Source of the DNA: Desulfobulbus propionicus DSM 2032
GTDB lineage: Bacteria; Desulfobacterota; Desulfobulbia; Desulfobulbales; Desulfobulbaceae
Length of the DNA: 32,000 nucleotides
Assembly: GCF_000186885.1 (NCBI RefSeq)
Contig: NC_014972.1
Coordinates: 870,001 to 902,000, forward strand
Direction of reading: 5' to 3'
A program made the position numbers and the translations under genes. A model generated the notes under the pieces. The model saw only the letters and a list, made by a program, of their open reading frames with translations, was not told where the DNA came from and ran no database searches. Below are positions 29,035-32,000 of the stretch, piece after piece (position 1 is the first letter of the stretch; each line of letters opens with the position of its first letter).

Positions 29035-29592
29035 ATGTCGACAAAGATTATTGATCAGTTGAGAGAAAAGATGACCGCAAGCAGCGAGGCCCTGAAACGC
29101 GATCTGGTGAAGATCAGGACGGGAAGGGCAAGCCTTTCATTGCTCGATGGAATCAAAGTCAATGCCTACGGCTCGCAAATGTCCCTCGATCAGGTTGGTA
29201 CCTTGACCATTCCCGAGAACAATATGATCGCGATCAAACCCTGGGATCCGCAGGTCTTGCCCGCCATTGAAAAGGCGATTCTCGCCTCGGGGTTGGGGTT
29301 GACCCCGGCAAGTGACGGCAATGTGGTCCGTTTGACCATCCCACCTCTTACCGGGGAGCGACGCAAGGAACTGGTTAAGCAGGTCAAGAAGATAGGGGAG
29401 GAGTATAAGGTCGCCATTCGCAATATTCGTCGAGATGCCATTGAAACCTTGAAAAAGATGAAAAAGGACAAGGAACTCTCAGAAGATGAGTTGTTCCGTC
29501 TGCAGGAAGAGGCGCAGAAGGTAACGGATGGCTATATCGGACAGATTGACGAAATCACCGGCGGCAAAGAAAAGGAAGTGATGGCGGTCTGA
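29035..29592 (+). CDS. frr: Ribosome recycling factor
   Basis: 185-aa ORF after GAGGAAG. It contains IRTGRASLSLLDGIKV and RNIRRDA, typical of RRF. Confidence 0.97.
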   Translation: MSTKIIDQLREKMTASSEALKRDLVKIRTGRASLSLLDGIKVNAYGSQMSLDQVGTLTIPENNMIAIKPWDPQVLPAIEKAILASGLGLTPASDGNVVRLTIPPLTGERRKELVKQVKKIGEEYKVAIRNIRRDAIETLKKMKKDKELSEDELFRLQEEAQKVTDGYIGQIDEITGGKEKEVMAV

Positions 29593-29609
29593 TCTCGTCT
29601 GCTTTCGCC

Positions 29610-30359
29610 ATGTCATCCGTGGTCACTCAAGAACAGCTCTCCCTCATCCCTCGCCATGTGGCCATTATAATGGATGGCAATGGCCGCTGGGCGGAGGAGC
29701 GACACCGGCCGCGACTGTACGGCCATAAGGCAGGGGTAGAATCGGTACGTGCTGTCGTTGAGACTGCGCGCTCCATCGGATTGGAAGTCCTCACCCTCTA
29801 TGCCTTTTCGACGGAGAATTGGAACCGTCCGTCGACCGAGGTCAATGGCCTGATGGGGTTGCTCAAGAGCTATCTCCAAGCGGAGTTGCGAACTATGCTC
29901 AGCAACGATATCCGCCTCCATTGCCTGGGACAGCAGGATCGCCTGCCAAGCGACGTACGTGCCATCCTCCAGCAAACCATCGATGAAACACGGTGCTGTC
30001 AGGGCATGATCCTGAACCTGGCCCTGAGTTATGGCGGCCGCAGCGAAATTGTCGGGGCGGCGAGGGAGCTAGCCCGACAATGCCAGCAAGGGCGATTGGA
30101 TTGGCAGGACATCTCCGAGAGTACTCTCGGCGAGTATCTGTTCACCGCTGGTCAATCCGATCCCGATTTGCTGATTCGTACCGGGGGTGAACATCGCCTG
30201 TCCAATTTCCTTCTTTGGCAGGCCTCCTACGCGGAACTGTATTTTACCGAGGTCAAGTGGCCTGATTTCAGGAAGGAACAATTCTTGGAAGCCATCCAAA
30301 CATTTCAGCACCGACAGCGACGTTTTGGCAAAACCGGTGCACAACTGCAGGCAGAGTAG
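29610..30359 (+). CDS. uppS: Di-trans,poly-cis-undecaprenyl-diphosphate synthase
   Basis: 249-aa ORF containing HVAIIMDGNGRWA, FSTENWNRP and RTGGEHRLSNFLLWQ. Confidence 0.97.
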   Translation: MSSVVTQEQLSLIPRHVAIIMDGNGRWAEERHRPRLYGHKAGVESVRAVVETARSIGLEVLTLYAFSTENWNRPSTEVNGLMGLLKSYLQAELRTMLSNDIRLHCLGQQDRLPSDVRAILQQTIDETRCCQGMILNLALSYGGRSEIVGAARELARQCQQGRLDWQDISESTLGEYLFTAGQSDPDLLIRTGGEHRLSNFLLWQASYAELYFTEVKWPDFRKEQFLEAIQTFQHRQRRFGKTGAQLQAE

Positions 30360-30365
30360 GCCGCG

Positions 30366-31160
30366 ATGAATCGTGTGATCCCAGGGGTGCTCATGGCCGT
30401 CGGCTGGGTGCTTCTGCTTTTTTGGGGCTCGGCTGCATTGTTTTGGGGGGTAGGGGTCTGCGGAGCCGGTATCGCCCTCCACGAGTATTTTCGCATGACC
30501 TGTCCCACCTTGACAGGTCCCCGTCTTGCGACAACGCTGTTGCTTTCCCTGTTGCCGGTTCTTGCCGCGCTGTCCGGTTCGGGCGAGGCTGTCTTGGCCG
30601 CTCTGGTGGCCAGCCTCATGGCGATCGTCGCGATGGCTCTTCACGGATATACCGTTATTCCGGATGTGTTTCGTTACCTCTGTGTCAGCGGTTTTGCCAG
30701 TCTTTATATCGCGGTCTGTCTGGCCCATGTGGTGCTCATTCGCTTTCTGCCCCAGGGGCCCTTCTGGTTGATCTTGCTGATCGCCATTGTCGCCGGTTCT
30801 GATACCGGTGCCTATTACGCCGGCAAGACATTTGGCAAACGCAAACTTTTCCCGCAAATTAGCCCGAAGAAGACCATAGCCGGTGGCGTGGGCGGTCTTG
30901 TTTTCGGTATTGCCGCCGCCGAGGGCATCAACCTGCTGTTTCCCGAGAAAACCGACCCCCTCCTGCTTCTCCCAGTGGCCGCCCTGCTCATCGTGGTGGG
31001 CATTGTCGGTGATCTGACCGAATCGATGATTAAACGCTCGGTGGGCGTCAAGGATTCGGGCACCATTCTTCTTGGTCACGGCGGATTGCTCGATCGCATT
31101 GACAGCTTGTTGCTTACCGGGCCCGTGCTTTACTACTTGCTCCGCTTGGGCGTGCTTTGA
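30366..31160 (+). CDS. cdsA: Phosphatidate cytidylyltransferase (CDP-diglyceride synthase)
   Basis: 264-aa hydrophobic protein with the signature [29 protein letters not shown] and, near the C-terminus, [11 protein letters not shown]. Confidence 0.95.
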   Translation: MNRVIPGVLMAVGWVLLLFWGSAALFWGVGVCGAGIALHEYFRMTCPTLTGPRLATTLLLSLLPVLAALSGSGEAVLAALVASLMAIVAMALHGYTVIPDVFRYLCVSGFASLYIAVCLAHVVLIRFLPQGPFWLILLIAIVAGSDTGAYYAGKTFGKRKLFPQISPKKTIAGGVGGLVFGIAAAEGINLLFPEKTDPLLLLPVAALLIVVGIVGDLTESMIKRSVGVKDSGTILLGHGGLLDRIDSLLLTGPVLYYLLRLGVL

Positions 31161-32000
31161 TGAAGGCGTTATCCTTGCTGGGATCGACCGGGTCCATCGG
31201 CACCAATGTGCTGGCGGTGGTGCGACAGTTTCCCGAACAGTTCCGGATTGTAGGCCTTGCGGCCGGCCGCAATGTCGCCCTGTTGGCCGAGCAGGTGCTG
31301 GAGTTTCAGCCGGAATGCATTTCGGTGGCTGAGCCAGCGTTAGTCTCCCCTCTTGCACAACGGCTGCCCCCGTCCTATCATTCCCGTATCGTTTGCGGGA
31401 CCGAGGGCAACTGCGCGGTGGCCTCGCTAGCCTCTGCTCACATGGTGGTTTCTGCCGTGGTTGGTGCGATTGGCCTGCTGCCAGCCTTGACCGCCATTCG
31501 GGCTGGCAAGGATGTGGGCCTGGCCAACAAGGAAACCTTGGTCATGGCTGGTCGACTGGTGATGCGGTCTGCACAGCAGCATAAGGTTCAGTTGCTGCCC
31601 ATTGATTCCGAACACAGCGCCATCTTTCAAGCCTTGGAGGCTGGACGCAAACAGGACGTGGCCCGGATTATTCTCACCGCCTCCGGTGGTCCGTTTCGGA
31701 CCTGGAGCAAGGACGATCTGGCAACCGCTGCCCCCGCGCAGGCTCTTGCCCACCCCAATTGGAGTATGGGGCGCAAGATCTCCATCGATTCCGCAACGTT
31801 GATGAACAAGGGGCTTGAAGTAATCGAGGCCCGCTGGCTTTTTGACGTCGAACCTGAGCAAATCGAGGTAGTGGTGCATCCGCAATCGATTGTTCATTCA
31901 CTGGTGGAATATCAGGACGGTTCGGTGGTTGCCCAGTTAGGGATCCCGGATATGCGGATCCCCATCGCCTATGCGCTGTCCTATCCCAAGCGGCTTGAAT
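31160..32000 (+). CDS. dxr: 1-deoxy-D-xylulose 5-phosphate reductoisomerase, N-terminal part (3' end outside the window; not in the ORF track because no stop is reached)
   Basis: The ATG overlaps the cdsA TGA (TGATG). Hand translation gives [21 protein letters not shown], then [25 protein letters not shown] and [27 protein letters not shown]. Confidence 0.95.
   Translation, partial: MKALSLLGSTGSIGTNVLAVVRQFPEQFRIVGLAAGRNVALLAEQVLEFQPECISVAEPALVSPLAQRLPPSYHSRIVCGTEGNCAVASLASAHMVVSAVVGAIGLLPALTAIRAGKDVGLANKETLVMAGRLVMRSAQQHKVQLLPIDSEHSAIFQALEAGRKQDVARIILTASGGPFRTWSKDDLATAAPAQALAHPNWSMGRKISIDSATLMNKGLEVIEARWLFDVEPEQIEVVVHPQSIVHSLVEYQDGSVVAQLGIPDMRIPIAYALSYPKRLE

Noticed and set aside
28958-29062. 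Small 34-codon ORF (MGISFRKEIV...) in the pyrH-frr spacer, overlapping the frr start
   Set aside because: It has no SD, no conservation signal that I can see, and it overlaps frr out of frame. It is most likely chance.
30069-31358. 429-aa minus-strand ORF, the longest unexplained ORF in the track
   Set aside because: It lies entirely antisense to uppS, cdsA and dxr, all three of which have strong family signatures on the + strand. The translation is low-complexity (rich in Gly, Gln, Pro, Arg and His) with no recognisable motif. This is a typical stop-free shadow frame in a region of about 60% GC.
31427-31901. Minus-strand ORFs (156, 75 and 60 aa) at the right edge
   Set aside because: They are antisense to the dxr frame, which carries the [16 protein letters not shown] and HPNWSMG signatures.
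1-32000. Window-wide search for CRISPR repeats, tRNA/rRNA genes, transposase or integrase genes, inverted terminal repeats, and defence or toxin-antitoxin modules
   Set aside because: I saw no repeat-spacer periodicity, no cloverleaf-like tRNA candidates in the intergenic regions (all are 146 nt or shorter), and no ORF with recombinase, nuclease or toxin hallmarks. Every substantial ORF is accounted for by a housekeeping gene or its antisense shadow.

Overview
This window is a core transcription and translation locus, and every supported gene is on the + strand. The gene order is:
- rpoB (3' part) and rpoC.
- The str genes rpsL-rpsG-fusA-tuf, which run with only a 10-nt gap into the S10 cluster (rpsJ to rpsQ).
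- The spc cluster (rplN to rplO, then secY and map, with no adk).
- The alpha cluster (infA-rpmJ-rpsM-rpsK-rpsD-rpoA-rplQ), ending in a clear intrinsic terminator.
- One orphan 254-aa YkgJ/UPF0153-type cysteine-cluster protein.
- rpsB-tsf-pyrH-frr-uppS-cdsA and dxr (5' part).

rpmJ (37 aa) is absent from the ORF track and was found by hand. Several ORF-track starts were trimmed to the conserved N-terminus and Shine-Dalgarno (SD) sequence. Gene order and protein sequences resemble Desulfuromonas/Geobacter-type deltaproteobacteria, but that is an unverified impression.

I found no rRNA, tRNA, CRISPR array, transposase, integrase, toxin-antitoxin or defence-like gene. I cannot support a discrete novel multi-gene system here.

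Four things deserve a second look:
1. A sharp compositional mosaic. rpsJ through the YkgJ-like gene is about 40% GC, against about 55-62% GC in rpoBC, rpsL, rpsG, tuf and uppS-cdsA-dxr, with fusA intermediate.
2. A 125-nt rpsG-fusA spacer with two promoter-like motifs and mutually exclusive helices that could hide or free the fusA SD.
3. The orphan Cys-cluster gene, wedged between the alpha-operon terminator and the rpsB promoter.
4. Several leader or spacer RNA hairpins (rpsB leader, rpsB-tsf, tsf-pyrH).

All long minus-strand ORFs are antisense shadows of well-supported genes.
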